A stretch of DNA of 64,000 nt from an uncultured Chloroflexia bacterium (GTDB lineage: Bacteria > Chloroflexota > Limnocylindria > Limnocylindrales > CSP1-4): NCBI GenBank assembly GCA_963757055.1, contig CAVWPX010000008.1:144298-208297 (forward strand), in the 5' to 3' direction. Below are positions 1 through 13,878 of this stretch, one piece after another; the stretch's first letter is position 1, and every line of letters starts with the position of its first letter. Under the pieces are notes generated by a model. The model saw only the letters and a program-made list of their open reading frames with translations, did not search any database and was not told the origin of the DNA. Both the position numbers and the translations under genes were made by a program.

Positions 1-1373
1 CGTCGCGATCACCGGGGGCGGGTCCGGACTGACCTACCGCCCGAACGACCGAGTTCCACGGCACGGACACCTTCACCTACACGGTCTCCGACGGGCTCCT
101 CTCGCGGACCGCGACGGTCTCGTGACCGTCACGTCGGTCAACGACAAGCCCGTCGCCGACGACGACGACTTCGGCGTGGACGAGGACGGGCCAGCGACCG
201 CCTTGGCGGTCCTCGCCGGCGACACCGACGTCGATGGCGACACGCTGACGATCACGGCCGTCACCCAGGGCTCGAAGGGCGCCGTCGTGATCACCGGCGG
301 CGGCACGGGCCTGACCTATCGGCCGTTCTCGAACCTGTCCGGCACGGACACGTTCACCTATACGGTCTCGGACGGGCACGGCCAGACCGATACCGCGACC
401 GTGACGATGACGATCGGCGGGGAGAACGACCCGCCCGATGCCGTCAACGACCTCGGGCTCCACGTCCGCGAGGGCGCCGGCCCGACCCCGCTCGCCGTCC
501 TGACCAACGACGACGACCCCGACGGCAACGACCTGACCATCAAGTCCGTGACCCCCGCCGCGCACGGGACCATCACGATCACCGGGAACGGCACCGGCCT
601 CACGCTACCGGCCGGTGAAGTGGTTCCACGGGACCGACATGTTCACCTACACCGTCGACGACGGCCACGGATCGACCGACAAGGCCACCGTGCAGGTCAT
701 CGTCGACAGGGATGTCGCCGGGCCGGTGGCGGTCGCGCCGCTCCAGCGGTTCCCGAGCCAGACCATCGGCACGGGCTCGGCCAGGGCGCGGATCTCGTGG
801 TCGGCGTCGGATCCGGGCTCGGGGGTCACCCGCTACACGCTCCAGGTGAGCGTCAACGGCGGCACGTTCCGGACGGTCGCGCTCCCGCGGGCGACCACGG
901 CCTCGCATCGACCAGACCCTCAGCTACGGCCGGACGTACCGGTTCCGGGTCCGGGCCGTCGACCACGAGGGCAACACCGGCGCCTTCGCCTACGGCCCGA
1001 CGTTCCGGCTCGGGAAGTACGAGGAGTCCAATGCGGCGATCACGTACACCACGGGCTGGGGCACGATCCGGCGCCCATCGGCCCTCGGTGGAGCGGCGCG
1101 CTTCACGGTGAGCCGCGAACGCGTCGGCGACGCTCCACCACCAGCGCGACCGATATCGCGCTGGTCGGTGACGCGCACGTCCAGCAGCGGGCACGCCGAG
1201 GTGTACGTGGACGGCGTCCTGGTCGCGACGATCGAACCTCCACCGCTCGTCGACCGCGTACCGGCAGCTGATCTACGCCCGCCATTTCGCCACGACTCGG
1301 GGCGCACACATTCGAAGTGCGGGCGGTCGGAGACGGTCGCGTCGAGCTCGACGCCTTCGAGATCCTGCGCTGA
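1..1373 (+). CDS. 3' part of a large secreted repeat adhesin / S-layer-like protein. Cadherin-like 'tandem-95'-type repeats are followed by an FN3-like module and a beta-sandwich C-terminus. It is 5'-partial and the frame is broken at least 5 times.
   Basis: The repeat VNDxPVAxDD...DxDGDxLTI..V...G.V...GTGLTYRP...GTDTFTYTVSDGHG.TDTATV recurs in ORFs 122.. and 615... The sequence then reads ...ISWSASDPGSGVTRYTLQVSVNGGTFRTV... and ends ...AEVYVDGVLVATI...HTFEVRAVGDGRVELDAFEILR* with TGA at 1371-1373. The protein can only be followed by hopping between all three plus frames. Confidence 0.6.
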
Positions 1374-1399
1374 GCGACCGAAGGTTGCGGTTCGGTCGC
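1374..1399 (+). terminator. Stem-loop immediately after the adhesin stop codon (terminator-like, no clear U-tract).
   Basis: gcgaccgaa (1374-1382) pairs with ttcggtcgc (1391-1399) across an 8-nt loop. Confidence 0.3.
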
Positions 1400-1423
1400 A
1401 GACGGACCGGACGACGCTCCTGC

Positions 1424-1429
1424 TATACT
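1424..1429 (+). promoter_or_regulatory. Candidate -10 hexamer (TATACT) for the ATP synthase operon.
   Basis: TATACT lies 23 nt upstream of the atpZ-like ATG at 1453 in an otherwise GC-rich spacer. There is no convincing -35 element. Confidence 0.2.
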
Positions 1430-1452
1430 GCGCGCGCCTTGTCAGGTCGCCC

Positions 1453-1674
1453 ATGATCGAGCCCGGCCGGGGTTGGGCCTATGTCGCCCTCTTCTCCCAG
1501 ATCGGCATCTCTCTCCTGGTCACGACCCTGCTCGGCGTGCTTGCCGGCCGTTGGGTCGACGGGCAGTTGGGGACCCTCCCACTCTTCGTGATCGTCGGCT
1601 TCTTCCTCGGCGCCGGAGCCGGGACGATCGAGATCATCAGGTTGGTGAGCCGGTTCCTGGAAACGATCGAGTAG
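1453..1674 (+). CDS. Small two-helix membrane protein, AtpZ/AtpI-like ATP synthase accessory protein.
   Basis: The 73-aa protein MIEPGRGWAYVALFSQIGISLLVTTLLGVLAGRWVDGQLGTLPLFVIVGFFLGAGAGTIEIIRLV sits directly upstream of atpB. The part of ORF 1108.. before 1453 belongs to the adhesin tail. Confidence 0.6.
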   Translation: MIEPGRGWAYVALFSQIGISLLVTTLLGVLAGRWVDGQLGTLPLFVIVGFFLGAGAGTIEIIRLVSRFLETIE

Positions 1675-1730
1675 TCGGTCAGCCCCGACCGACGGTGGAG
1701 GATCCGAGCGCGGCATGACGCCGCGCTCCT

Positions 1731-2798
1731 GTGTGTGGAGCAAGCGTGTCGAGCGAGCAGGTCGTGACCGACGGGACCACTGAGGCCCCCGACGTCGCCG
1801 AGGCCCCCGAAGCGTCGCCCCAGCCCAAGCGTGGCCGCGGGCTGTCCAACCGCTGGTTCCTGCTCATCGGCGGGGTCATCCTCGTCAACCTCGCCGCCCT
1901 GATCCTCGTGCCGCCCTTCCCGAAGGACGGCGCCCCGGGCGAGGCGTGCGAGTATCCCGCCTGCTTCATCAACGGCACGCTCGAATTCCCCGCGGCCCAC
2001 ACGGTCATCGGCCCTGAGGCTCCCGCCGACGCGCTCGTGACCTTCACGCCAAGCATCAGCAACACGATCATCACCCAGTGGATCGTGATGATCATCATCC
2101 TGGTGGGCGCCATCGTCATGACCCGCGGACTGCGGCAGAAGCCACACCGGCTGCAGAACATGTTCGAGACGTTCTACGAGACGCTCGGCGACTTCGGGCT
2201 GGGGATCGCGGGGGCCGCCGGCCGCCCGTACCTGCCGCTGTTCGCCGCGTTCTTCCTGCTCATCCTGTTCTCGAACTGGATCGGGCTCGTCCCGGGCGTC
2301 GGCCGCGTCGAGTGGCTCCGGGCCCCGTCGAGCGATCTCAACATCACCCTGGGCCTCGCCCTGCTGTCGTTCGTGATCTTCGAGGCGGAGGGGTTCCGCA
2401 AGCTCGGCTTCAAGGGCTATGCCGGGAAGTTCCTTCCCGTCTACGAGTTCAAGAACGGCGTCGGCGCCGGCCTCATCGCGATGTTCGTCGGCCTCGTCGA
2501 GCTCATGCTCGAGTTCGTCAAGCCGGTCACGCTCTCCTTCCGGCTCTTCGGCAACATCTACGGCGGCGAGGTCGCGCTGGCCGTGATCACGGCGCTGACC
2601 ATCGTCGTCTTCCCGATCGGCCTGTACGGCCTCGACTTCCTGCTCAACGCGATCCAGGCGCTGATCTTCAGCATCCTGACGCTCGTCTTCATCACGCTCG
2701 CGATCGAGAGTCACGACCACGAAGAGGGTCACGTCGCGGAAGAGGCGCTGGACGCCCTCGAGGACCGCGACGACCCGACCCTGCAGCCAGCCCACTAG
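1731..2798 (+). CDS. atpB: F0F1 ATP synthase subunit a.
   Basis: Polytopic 355-aa ORF carrying the a-subunit signature ...VTLSFRLFGNIYGGEVALAV.... It is the first gene of the atpBEFHAGDC order. The true start may be GTG 1746. Confidence 0.9.
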   Translation: MCGASVSSEQVVTDGTTEAPDVAEAPEASPQPKRGRGLSNRWFLLIGGVILVNLAALILVPPFPKDGAPGEACEYPACFINGTLEFPAAHTVIGPEAPADALVTFTPSISNTIITQWIVMIIILVGAIVMTRGLRQKPHRLQNMFETFYETLGDFGLGIAGAAGRPYLPLFAAFFLLILFSNWIGLVPGVGRVEWLRAPSSDLNITLGLALLSFVIFEAEGFRKLGFKGYAGKFLPVYEFKNGVGAGLIAMFVGLVELMLEFVKPVTLSFRLFGNIYGGEVALAVITALTIVVFPIGLYGLDFLLNAIQALIFSILTLVFITLAIESHDHEEGHVAEEALDALEDRDDPTLQPAH

Positions 2799-2875
2799 CG
2801 CACCACGAGGCGCAGCCCACCACCAGGTCCCAACAGGTCTCGGGCAGAAGCCCGGGAAGCAGGAGGAAATCACAC

Positions 2876-3088
2876 ATGGAGCACATCGGCGCCGGTCTCG
2901 CCGCTCTCGGGGTCTTCGGTCCCGGCATCGGCATCGGCATCCTCGGCGGCCTCGCCGCCACCGCGATCGGGCGCAACCCCGACGCCGCCGGCCAGATCCG
3001 CGGCATCGCGATCATCCTCGCGGCGTTCGCCGAAGGACTCGGCGTGCTCGCCGTCGTCGTCGGCCTGCTCGCGATCTTCATCAAGTAG
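2876..3088 (+). CDS. atpE: F0F1 ATP synthase subunit c.
   Basis: A 70-aa helical hairpin, MEHIGAGLAALGVFGPGIGIGILGG...AAFAEGLGVLAVVVGLLAIFIK, with the ion-binding Glu. AGGAGG at 2861-2866 lies 9 nt before the ATG. Confidence 0.95.
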   Translation: MEHIGAGLAALGVFGPGIGIGILGGLAATAIGRNPDAAGQIRGIAIILAAFAEGLGVLAVVVGLLAIFIK

Positions 3089-3113
3089 CCGACCCAGGAC
3101 GGAGTAGACCATC

Positions 3114-3680
3114 GTGGACTTCCTGGCCGTCGCCACCGGCCTCGGAGGCGACGTCGTGCGACTGACCGCCGAAGAGGCGAAGTTCCAGATCAACCTGTTC
3201 TGGGTCATCGTCAGCGCGGCCAACTTCGTGCTGTTCTTCGCGATCCTGTACACGTTCGCCCTGAAGCCCGTCACGAAGATGCTCAACGAGCGCAAGGAGC
3301 GGATCGAGCAGGGGCTCAAGGACGCCGAGCAGGCCCGTCGCGATCGCGAGAGCGCCGAGGCCGAGCGGGTCACGGCCCTGGCGGAGGCACGCCGCGAGGC
3401 GAACGACATCCTGGTCCGCGCCCAGAAGGTCGCCCAGGAGACGCGTGACGCGGACATCGCCGCCACCCGCGAAGAGCTCGAGCGCATGCGCGTCCGGGCC
3501 GCCGCGGACATCGAGGCGGAGAAGCAGCGCGCGATCGGGGAGCTCCGCGGCGAGGTCGCGGACCTGGCCCTCGCGGCCGCCGGCCGCGTCGTCGGCGAAT
3601 CGCTCGACGGCGAGCGGCAGCGCCGGCTGGTGCAGGAGTTCCTGGCCACCGCGGGCTCGCTCGACGACGCGAAGAACTGA
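3114..3680 (+). CDS. atpF: F0F1 ATP synthase subunit b.
   Basis: GTG start. One N-terminal TM helix (INLFWVIVSAANFVLFFAILYTF) is followed by a long charged coiled coil, in the expected operon position. Confidence 0.85.
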   Translation: MDFLAVATGLGGDVVRLTAEEAKFQINLFWVIVSAANFVLFFAILYTFALKPVTKMLNERKERIEQGLKDAEQARRDRESAEAERVTALAEARREANDILVRAQKVAQETRDADIAATREELERMRVRAAADIEAEKQRAIGELRGEVADLALAAAGRVVGESLDGERQRRLVQEFLATAGSLDDAKN

Positions 3681-4225
3681 TGGCACGACGCGATTCGGCC
3701 GCGCGGCGCTACGCGGAGGCGGCCTTCCAGGTCGCCCAGCGTGACGACACGCTCGAGACGTGGCGGTCCGACCTGGACCTCGCCGCGTCCGTGGCGGGCG
3801 ACGATCGCGCCCTGACCGTCCTCTCCAATCCCGCGATCCCCGTCGAGCGTCGAGCGGAGGTCCTGACCGAGCTGGTCGGCGACCGCATCTCGGCGCCCGC
3901 CCAGAACCTCGTCCAGCTCCTGCTCCGGCGGGGCCGGATGGAGGAGCTGCCGCGCGTCGCGGCGGAGTTCCGCCGGCTCGACGACCGACGCCAGGGCATC
4001 ACCAACGCTATCGCGACCAGCGCCACTCCGCTCACGCCGGACGAGGTCCGCGCGCTCATCCAGCGACTCGAACAGACCACCGGCGGCCGCATCGCGCTCG
4101 AGGAGCGGGTCGATCCGAGCGTGCTCGGCGGCCTCATCGTCCGGGTCGGCGACCGCCTGATCGACGGCAGTGTCCGCGGTCGCCTCGAGCGACTCCGCAC
4201 CAAGCTCGTCTCAGGCGCCCTCTAG
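3680..4225 (+). CDS. atpH: F0F1 ATP synthase subunit delta (OSCP).
   Basis: A 181-aa ORF in the expected position, ending with the delta-type C-terminus ...VDPSVLGGLIVRVGDRLIDGSVRGRLERLR. Its ATG overlaps the atpF stop (TGATG). Confidence 0.85.
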   Translation: MARRDSAARRYAEAAFQVAQRDDTLETWRSDLDLAASVAGDDRALTVLSNPAIPVERRAEVLTELVGDRISAPAQNLVQLLLRRGRMEELPRVAAEFRRLDDRRQGITNAIATSATPLTPDEVRALIQRLEQTTGGRIALEERVDPSVLGGLIVRVGDRLIDGSVRGRLERLRTKLVSGAL

Positions 4226-4237
4226 GAGACACCCAGC

Positions 4238-8090
<3,853 letters not shown>

Positions 8091-8093
8091 CCG

Positions 8094-8522
8094 ATGCCCC
8101 TCCTGCTCGAGATCGTCACCCCGGAGCGGCTCGCCTACTCGGACACCGTGGATGCCGTCGTGCTCCCCGGCAGCGAGGGCGAGCTCGGCGTGCTGCCGCA
8201 CCACGCTCCGCTGGTGACGATGCTCGGGGTCGGGGAGCTGCGGATCCGCAAGTCCGGCGCCGAGGAATCCTTCGCCATCGTGGGCGGCTTCCTCCAGGTC
8301 CGGCCCGACCGCGTCGTCGTGATGGCCGAGACGGCGGACATGGCGAGCGAGATCGACCTCGAGAAGGCGCAGCAGGCACGTCGCGAGGCGGAGCAGGCGC
8401 TCGAGAGCGGCTATTCCGAGGGGGCCGACCTGTCGGCCGCCCGCGCGGCGCTCCAGCAGGCCCTCCTCCGGATCCGCGTGGCCGAACGGCGTCACCGCGA
8501 GGGTCCGCGGCACCGCGGGTGA
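8094..8522 (+). CDS. atpC: F0F1 ATP synthase subunit epsilon.
   Basis: A 142-aa ORF, MPLLLEIVTPERLAYSDTVDAVVLPGSEGELGVLPHHAPLVT..., in the last position of the operon. Confidence 0.9.
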   Translation: MPLLLEIVTPERLAYSDTVDAVVLPGSEGELGVLPHHAPLVTMLGVGELRIRKSGAEESFAIVGGFLQVRPDRVVVMAETADMASEIDLEKAQQARREAEQALESGYSEGADLSAARAALQQALLRIRVAERRHREGPRHRG

Positions 8523-8708
8523 CGTCTCTTGCCACGTGACAACGTGATCGCCGCGGCGCTCGCCCAGGCGGGCGTTGGCGGCTCCGCGCGCGCGCTCACG
8601 CACCCCAGGTGCGCTCGCTTCCGTGCTCGCCGCCGCCTTCGCCTGCGCGGCTCCGCGGCGACCTCGCAAACGACTTCGCGGGCGACTTGTCGTCGCCGGA
8701 TCGCCGAC

Positions 8709-10055
8709 GTGGCTGACGCGAGGCCGTTCCACTGGGAGTACCACCCCGAACCGGTCGCCCGGGAGCTCTTCCGGGTCCAGGGCGGGCAGCCCCTGCACGG
8801 CACGGTCCCGATCAGCGGGGCGAAGAACGCGGCCCTGAAGCTCATGGCCGCGGCGACCCTGACCGGGGAGCGCTGCCGCTTCACCAACGTCCCGGACATC
8901 GAGGACGTCCGCGTGCTCGCCGACACGCTCCGCGACCTCGGGGTCGTGGTCGACCGGCCGGACCCGAACACCATGGAGATCGCCTCGGGCGACGTCGAGT
9001 GGCTGTTCGTCCCGCTCGAGGCCGCGGCCAAGATGCGCGCGAGCTTCATCCTGCTCGGGCCGCTCCTCGCGCGCTTCGGGCGGGTGATCATGAGCAACCC
9101 GGGCGGTGACCGGATCGGACGCCGGCCGGTCGACCTGCACGTCGACGCGATGCGCGCGCTCGGCGCCTCGATCGAGTACCGCAACGGCTACTACTTCGCG
9201 ACCGCGCCCGGCCGGCTGCGCGGCGCCGAGGTCAACTTCCCGTTCGTCTCGGTCATGGGCACCGAGAACGCGATGCTCGCGGCGACCCTCGCCGACGGCC
9301 ACACGACCATCCGCCCGGCGGCGCAGGAGCCCGAGGTCGACGACCTCATCGCGTTCCTCGTCGCGATGGGCGCCTCGATCGAGCGGACCGCGCCCGACAC
9401 CATCGAGGTCGAGGGCCGCAAGCGCCTCCGCGGCGCCGAGCACCGCGTCGTCCCCGACCGGATCGAGGCCGGGACATTCATCGTCGCGGCGGCGGTCACC
9501 GGCGGCAAGGTCACGCTCGAGGGCGCGCCGTGCGAGCACCTCGGGGCCTTCCTCGAGACCGTCGAGCGGGTCGGCGTCGGGGTGGCCTGCGGCGAGGACA
9601 CCATCGAGGTCGACGGGTCCGCCCTCGATGGCGCCGGCTACCGGGCCTGCGACATCGAGACCGCGCCGTACCCGGGCCTGGCGACCGACCTCCAGCCGCC
9701 GACCTGCGTGCTGCTGACCCAGGCCGAGGGCAAATCGCATGTCCACGAGGCGATCTTCGAGGACCGCCTCGAGTGGCTCGCCGAGGCGCGCCGGATGGGC
9801 GTCGTGGCCGACACGATCGACAACCAGCACGCCACCATCACCGGCCGGGCCGCGCTCCACGGCGCCGAGGTGGAGATCGGCGACCTGCGCGCCGGCGCGT
9901 CGCTGATCCTGGCCGCGCTGGCCGCGGAGGGCACCTCCACGATCCACGGCGCGCACCACGTTCAGCGGGGCTATGAGAACATCGAGCGCAAGTTCCTCGA
10001 CCTGGGGGCCAGGATCGAGCGCGTATCGGAAGGGACCACGGCCACCACCTCATGA
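8709..10055 (+). CDS. murA: UDP-N-acetylglucosamine 1-carboxyvinyltransferase. It carries Asp instead of the fosfomycin-target Cys.
   Basis: ...[31 protein letters not shown]... and the active-site loop [20 protein letters not shown] 8709 is chosen as the start because ORF 8529.. upstream of it is repeat-like and Arg-rich. Confidence 0.88.
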   Translation: MADARPFHWEYHPEPVARELFRVQGGQPLHGTVPISGAKNAALKLMAAATLTGERCRFTNVPDIEDVRVLADTLRDLGVVVDRPDPNTMEIASGDVEWLFVPLEAAAKMRASFILLGPLLARFGRVIMSNPGGDRIGRRPVDLHVDAMRALGASIEYRNGYYFATAPGRLRGAEVNFPFVSVMGTENAMLAATLADGHTTIRPAAQEPEVDDLIAFLVAMGASIERTAPDTIEVEGRKRLRGAEHRVVPDRIEAGTFIVAAAVTGGKVTLEGAPCEHLGAFLETVERVGVGVACGEDTIEVDGSALDGAGYRACDIETAPYPGLATDLQPPTCVLLTQAEGKSHVHEAIFEDRLEWLAEARRMGVVADTIDNQHATITGRAALHGAEVEIGDLRAGASLILAALAAEGTSTIHGAHHVQRGYENIERKFLDLGARIERVSEGTTATTS

Positions 10056-11050
10056 AGATCGGCATCGACCTCGGCACCGCGAACGTCCTCGTCTACGTGA
10101 AAGGCAAGGGCATCGTCATCACCGAGCCCAGTGTCGTGGCCGTCTCCGACGACAACCGGATCGTCGCCGTGGGCGAGGAAGCCCGCGAGATGATCGGGCG
10201 CACGCCCGGCAACATCCAGGCCATCCGGCCGATGAAGGACGGCGTCATCGCCGACTACGTCATCACCGAGGCGATGCTGCGGTTCTTCATCGCCAAGGCG
10301 ACCAAGGGGCGGATCGGCCTCTCCCGGCCCGAGGTGATGATCAGCGTGCCGGCCGGGGTCACCAGCGTCGAGAAGCGGGCGGTCCGCGACGCCGCGCTCA
10401 AGGCCGGCGCGAAGGACGCGTACCTCATCGAGGAGCCGCTCGCAGCGGCCATCGGGGCCAACGTGCCGATCAGCGGGCCGTCCGGGAACATGATCATCGA
10501 CATCGGCGGCGGCACCAGCGAGATCGCGGTCATCGCCCTCGGCGGCATCGTCGTCTCGCACAGCCTCCGCGTCGGCGGCAACAAGTTCGACGATTCGATC
10601 GCGACCTACGTCCGCAAGAAGTACAACCTCATGATCGGCGAGCGGACGGCGGAGGAGGTCAAGATCCAGATCGGGACCGCCCTCCCGCTCGAGCGCGAGC
10701 TGACGATGGAGGTCCGCGGCCGCGACCTGATCGCCGGACTCCCGCGGACGATCCCGATCACGAGCTCCGAGGCGATGGAGGCCATCGAGGCCCCGCTCCA
10801 GCAGCTGGTCGCGGCGGTCCGCAGCGTCCTCGAGCAGACCCCGCCCGAGCTGTCGAGCGACATCATCGACAAGGGCATGGTCATGTCGGGTGGCGGCGCG
10901 ATGCTGCGCAACATCGACAAGCTCCTGACCCAGGTCACCGGGGTCCCATGCCACGTCGCGGAGAACCCGCTGAACTGCGTCGCCCTCGGCACGGGCTTGG
11001 CTCTCGAACACTTCGATTTCTTCAAGAAATCCCTTGTCCAGCAGATCTGA
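10052..11050 (+). CDS. mreB: Rod-shape-determining actin homologue MreB/Mbl.
   Basis: An intact 332-aa [18 protein letters not shown]...[13 protein letters not shown]...[15 protein letters not shown]. Its ATG overlaps the murA stop (ATGA). Confidence 0.93.
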   Translation: MKIGIDLGTANVLVYVKGKGIVITEPSVVAVSDDNRIVAVGEEAREMIGRTPGNIQAIRPMKDGVIADYVITEAMLRFFIAKATKGRIGLSRPEVMISVPAGVTSVEKRAVRDAALKAGAKDAYLIEEPLAAAIGANVPISGPSGNMIIDIGGGTSEIAVIALGGIVVSHSLRVGGNKFDDSIATYVRKKYNLMIGERTAEEVKIQIGTALPLERELTMEVRGRDLIAGLPRTIPITSSEAMEAIEAPLQQLVAAVRSVLEQTPPELSSDIIDKGMVMSGGGAMLRNIDKLLTQVTGVPCHVAENPLNCVALGTGLALEHFDFFKKSLVQQI

Positions 11051-11072
11051 GGGACGGGGAAGCCGAGCGGCG

Positions 11073-11119
11073 GCGACGAGGAGGCGGCGCCTCGCGCACG
11101 GCGCGCCGCCGGATCGTCG
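11073..11119 (-). repeat. Inverted, partial copy (47-nt core, 3 mismatches) of the 83-nt GC-rich intergenic repeat seen at 13958-14157.
   Basis: gcgacgaggaggcggcgcctcg....cggcgcgccgccggatcgtcg matches the reverse complement of the 14075-14157 copy. It lies in the mreB-PHP spacer. Confidence 0.75.
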
Positions 11120-11152
11120 GGGCCGATCGGCCGATGACCGCCCGCCGTTCCG

Positions 11153-11875
11153 GTGGCTAGGGCGTTCGTCGATCTGCACTGCCACACGCGGGGGAGCTTC
11201 GATTCCCTGTCGAACCCGGCCGACGTGATGCGCGCGGCGGCGTCACGGGGTCTGACCCACCTCGCGATCACCGACCATGACCGGATCGATGTCGCGCTCG
11301 AAGCGCGGGCGACGGCGCCCGCCGGGCTGACGATCATCGTCGGCGAAGAGGTGAAGACCGCCGACGGCGACCTCATCTGCTGCTTCCTCGAGCGGGCGAT
11401 CCCGCCGGGGCTGTCGGCCGCCGAGACGGTGGCCGAGGCGCGGGCCCAGGGCGGCCTCGTCGGCATCCCGCACCCGTTCGACCGGATGCGCGGCTCGCTG
11501 CTGAAGGACGCGAAGATGGCGTCGCTCGTCGGGCTCGTCGACTGGGTCGAGGGTCACAACGCCCGGCTCATCGGCAATGGGAACGACCAGGCGATCGCAT
11601 TCGCGGCCGAGCACGAGCGGCCCATCGTGGCCGTGTCCGACGCGCACTCCGTCACCGAGGTCGGGGTCGCCTACACCGCGATGGACGGCGATCCCTCGAC
11701 GCCCGCCGGCCTGCTGGCCGCGCTGGCGAACGGCGTGGAGCTGGTCCCCGGACGCGCGACCTACTTCGTCCGCTTCTGGACGCCCGTCGCCAAGCTGGTC
11801 CAGCGGACCCGCGGCAACGGCCGGGTCAGGTCGGACGCCGGCTCCGCGGGCTCACCCGACGGGCCGCCGCGGTGA
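11153..11875 (+). CDS. PHP-family metal-dependent phosphoesterase.
   Basis: GTG start. The sequence has FVDLHCHTRGSFDSL...LAITDHDRID...GIPHPFD...VSDAHS, the His/Asp clusters typical of PHP domains. Confidence 0.8.
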   Translation: MARAFVDLHCHTRGSFDSLSNPADVMRAAASRGLTHLAITDHDRIDVALEARATAPAGLTIIVGEEVKTADGDLICCFLERAIPPGLSAAETVAEARAQGGLVGIPHPFDRMRGSLLKDAKMASLVGLVDWVEGHNARLIGNGNDQAIAFAAEHERPIVAVSDAHSVTEVGVAYTAMDGDPSTPAGLLAALANGVELVPGRATYFVRFWTPVAKLVQRTRGNGRVRSDAGSAGSPDGPPR

Positions 11876-13086
11876 GCGATCCCGGTGGGGAGGACCTTCG
11901 GCCGATGGCGGGCGGACCGGGAGAGCCGGTAGCGTCCGGGGCGATGGAGATCAGCCCCGGCCTGGACGCCGTCCCGGCACGCCCCGACACCGAGCCCGCC
12001 GAGGGGTCCGCGTCCGCTCCCGTCGAGCCCGACGAGGAGATCACCGCCGAGCAGGTCTCGCTCTCGCGCCGGCTGCGCCAGCCGCGGACGATCATCTCGA
12101 TCCTCATCCCGCTGGTCATCATCGCGGCGTTCATCGGCATCAACGGCGCGGCGCTCGCCAAGGTCCCGGGCCTCATCGCGGGCGCCAACCCGGTCCTCGT
12201 CGCCGCCGCGTTCGGCATCTTCTACCTGGGCTTCCCGCTGCGCGGCTGGCGCTGGAAGGCCCTGCTGCGCGGCACCGAATTCATCATCGGGACCAAGGAC
12301 TCGACCGTCATCATCTTCCTGTCGTGGCTGGTCAACTGCGTGGTGCCGGCCAAGCTGGGCGACCTGTACCGCGCCTATCTCCTCAAGATCAACAGCACGG
12401 CCTCGCTGAGCAAGACCTTCGGGACCGTGTTCATCGAGCGCGTCCTTGACGTGATCGCGATCGCCCTGCTGGGGATCCTGGCCGGCTACTGGAGCTTCCG
12501 CGACGGCCTGCCGCCGGCGGTCCAGGTCGTGTTCGCGATCGGGCTGGTCGTCGTCGTCATCCTGGTGGTCGGGCTGTTCACGATGCGCAACTTCGGGCGC
12601 AAGATCCTGACGATCCTGCCGCTGCCGCATCGCGTCATCGAGCTGTACGACAAGTTCGAGGTCGGCGTCTTCGGCGCCCTCCGGCTTCGCCAGATGCCGT
12701 TCCTCGGCACGGTGACGGTCATGATCTGGATGACGGAGTCGCTGCGGCTGTACTTCGTCGTGCTCGCCCTCGGGTTCCCCGACGTCGAGCTCGGGATCTC
12801 GGGCGCGGTGTTCGTGGCGCTCATCGGATCGCTGCTGACGGCCGTCCCGCTGAGCCCGGCCGGGCTCGGGATCGTCGAGGCCGGCGTGGTCGGCGTCCTG
12901 ACCGTGGCCTACGGCGTGCCGCTCCCCGAGGCCACCGCGATCGCCCTCCTGGACCGCGTGATCAGCGTCTTCTCGGTGATCGTCCTTGGCTCGATCGCCT
13001 ACCTGTTCTCGAAGAAGCCCGAGGGCCTGGACCCGATCCTGCAGCCCGGCGAGACCGTCGCACAGGTGATGCGCGCCCAGGTCTGA
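11872..13086 (+). CDS. UPF0104 / lysyl-phosphatidylglycerol-synthase-TM-like ('flippase-like') integral membrane protein.
   Basis: A 404-aa polytopic protein with the motif ...LRGWRWKALL...VVPAKLGDLYRAYLL...FIERVLDV.... Its GTG overlaps the PHP stop (GTGA). Confidence 0.72.
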   Translation: MSDPGGEDLRPMAGGPGEPVASGAMEISPGLDAVPARPDTEPAEGSASAPVEPDEEITAEQVSLSRRLRQPRTIISILIPLVIIAAFIGINGAALAKVPGLIAGANPVLVAAAFGIFYLGFPLRGWRWKALLRGTEFIIGTKDSTVIIFLSWLVNCVVPAKLGDLYRAYLLKINSTASLSKTFGTVFIERVLDVIAIALLGILAGYWSFRDGLPPAVQVVFAIGLVVVVILVVGLFTMRNFGRKILTILPLPHRVIELYDKFEVGVFGALRLRQMPFLGTVTVMIWMTESLRLYFVVLALGFPDVELGISGAVFVALIGSLLTAVPLSPAGLGIVEAGVVGVLTVAYGVPLPEATAIALLDRVISVFSVIVLGSIAYLFSKKPEGLDPILQPGETVAQVMRAQV

Positions 13087-13326
13087 GCGCCGGAGCGTGC
13101 GCGGCCGGGATCAGGCCCCGGACGAAAGTACCAGTCGTCGCTCCGACCCCCGCCGCCCCTGACCCCGCCCGACCCCACCGCACCGTCCGACCTCGACGCC
13201 GTGCGCAAAACGAGTCCGTCGGTACCAACGGGGGATACAGAGGCCGGGGGCCCCATCCGATAGTGAGGATCAGTCGCGGGACGATCCGCGAACGATGGCC
13301 GATCCCGACGGAGCGCCCACCTCGAC

Positions 13327-13863
13327 ATGACGACACAGAACGGCCGAGCCTTCAACGAGTGGCTGCGGGCCCAGCTCAAAGCCAAGAAGATGTCGCAGCG
13401 CCAGCTGGCGCAGCAGTCTGGCGTGGACCACTCGACCATCTCCCGCCTGATCCGCGGCGACCGGATGCCGTCCCTCGGGACGGCGACCAAGCTCGCCCGT
13501 GGCCTGCGCGAGCTTCGGGACGACGCGGACACGCCGCAGTACCTCGGTCTCGTCGCCTCCGGGTCGATGAACCCCACCGCCAGGGTCGAATACGCGCTCC
13601 GCGCGGACGACCTGCTCAGCGAGCCACAGGTCCGCCAGATCATGGAGTACTACCTGGCCGTCAGGATGCGCCGCTACGGCCGCAGCCTGCAGGCCCAGGA
13701 AGCCTCCACCACTCCCGAGCGGTCCACCGACCACCGCATGGCCCGGCCGTCGACGCCCGTCCGCTCGATGGGCGCCGCCGCCAGCGTCACGCCCGTCGGG
13801 GTCGGCTTCGGATCCATCCGCCAGGTCTCCCGGTCGGGAGGCCGGGAACCGGGGCGTTATTAG
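13327..13863 (+). CDS. XRE-family helix-turn-helix transcriptional regulator.
   Basis: N-terminal HTH LRAQLKAKKMSQRQLAQQSGVDHSTISRLIRGDRMPSLGTATKLARGL. It is a solitary gene with long non-coding flanks. Confidence 0.7.
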   Translation: MTTQNGRAFNEWLRAQLKAKKMSQRQLAQQSGVDHSTISRLIRGDRMPSLGTATKLARGLRELRDDADTPQYLGLVASGSMNPTARVEYALRADDLLSEPQVRQIMEYYLAVRMRRYGRSLQAQEASTTPERSTDHRMARPSTPVRSMGAAASVTPVGVGFGSIRQVSRSGGREPGRY

Positions 13864-13878
13864 CATTCTTCTGGGCAC

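Noticed and set aside
8523-8708. N-terminal extension of murA (the track ORF starts at 8529), or a small gene in the atpC-murA spacer.
   Set aside because: The translation is Arg/Ala-rich and repeat-like. MurA homology begins only around 8709-8780. The DNA resembles the GC-rich repeat family, so I treated it as non-coding.
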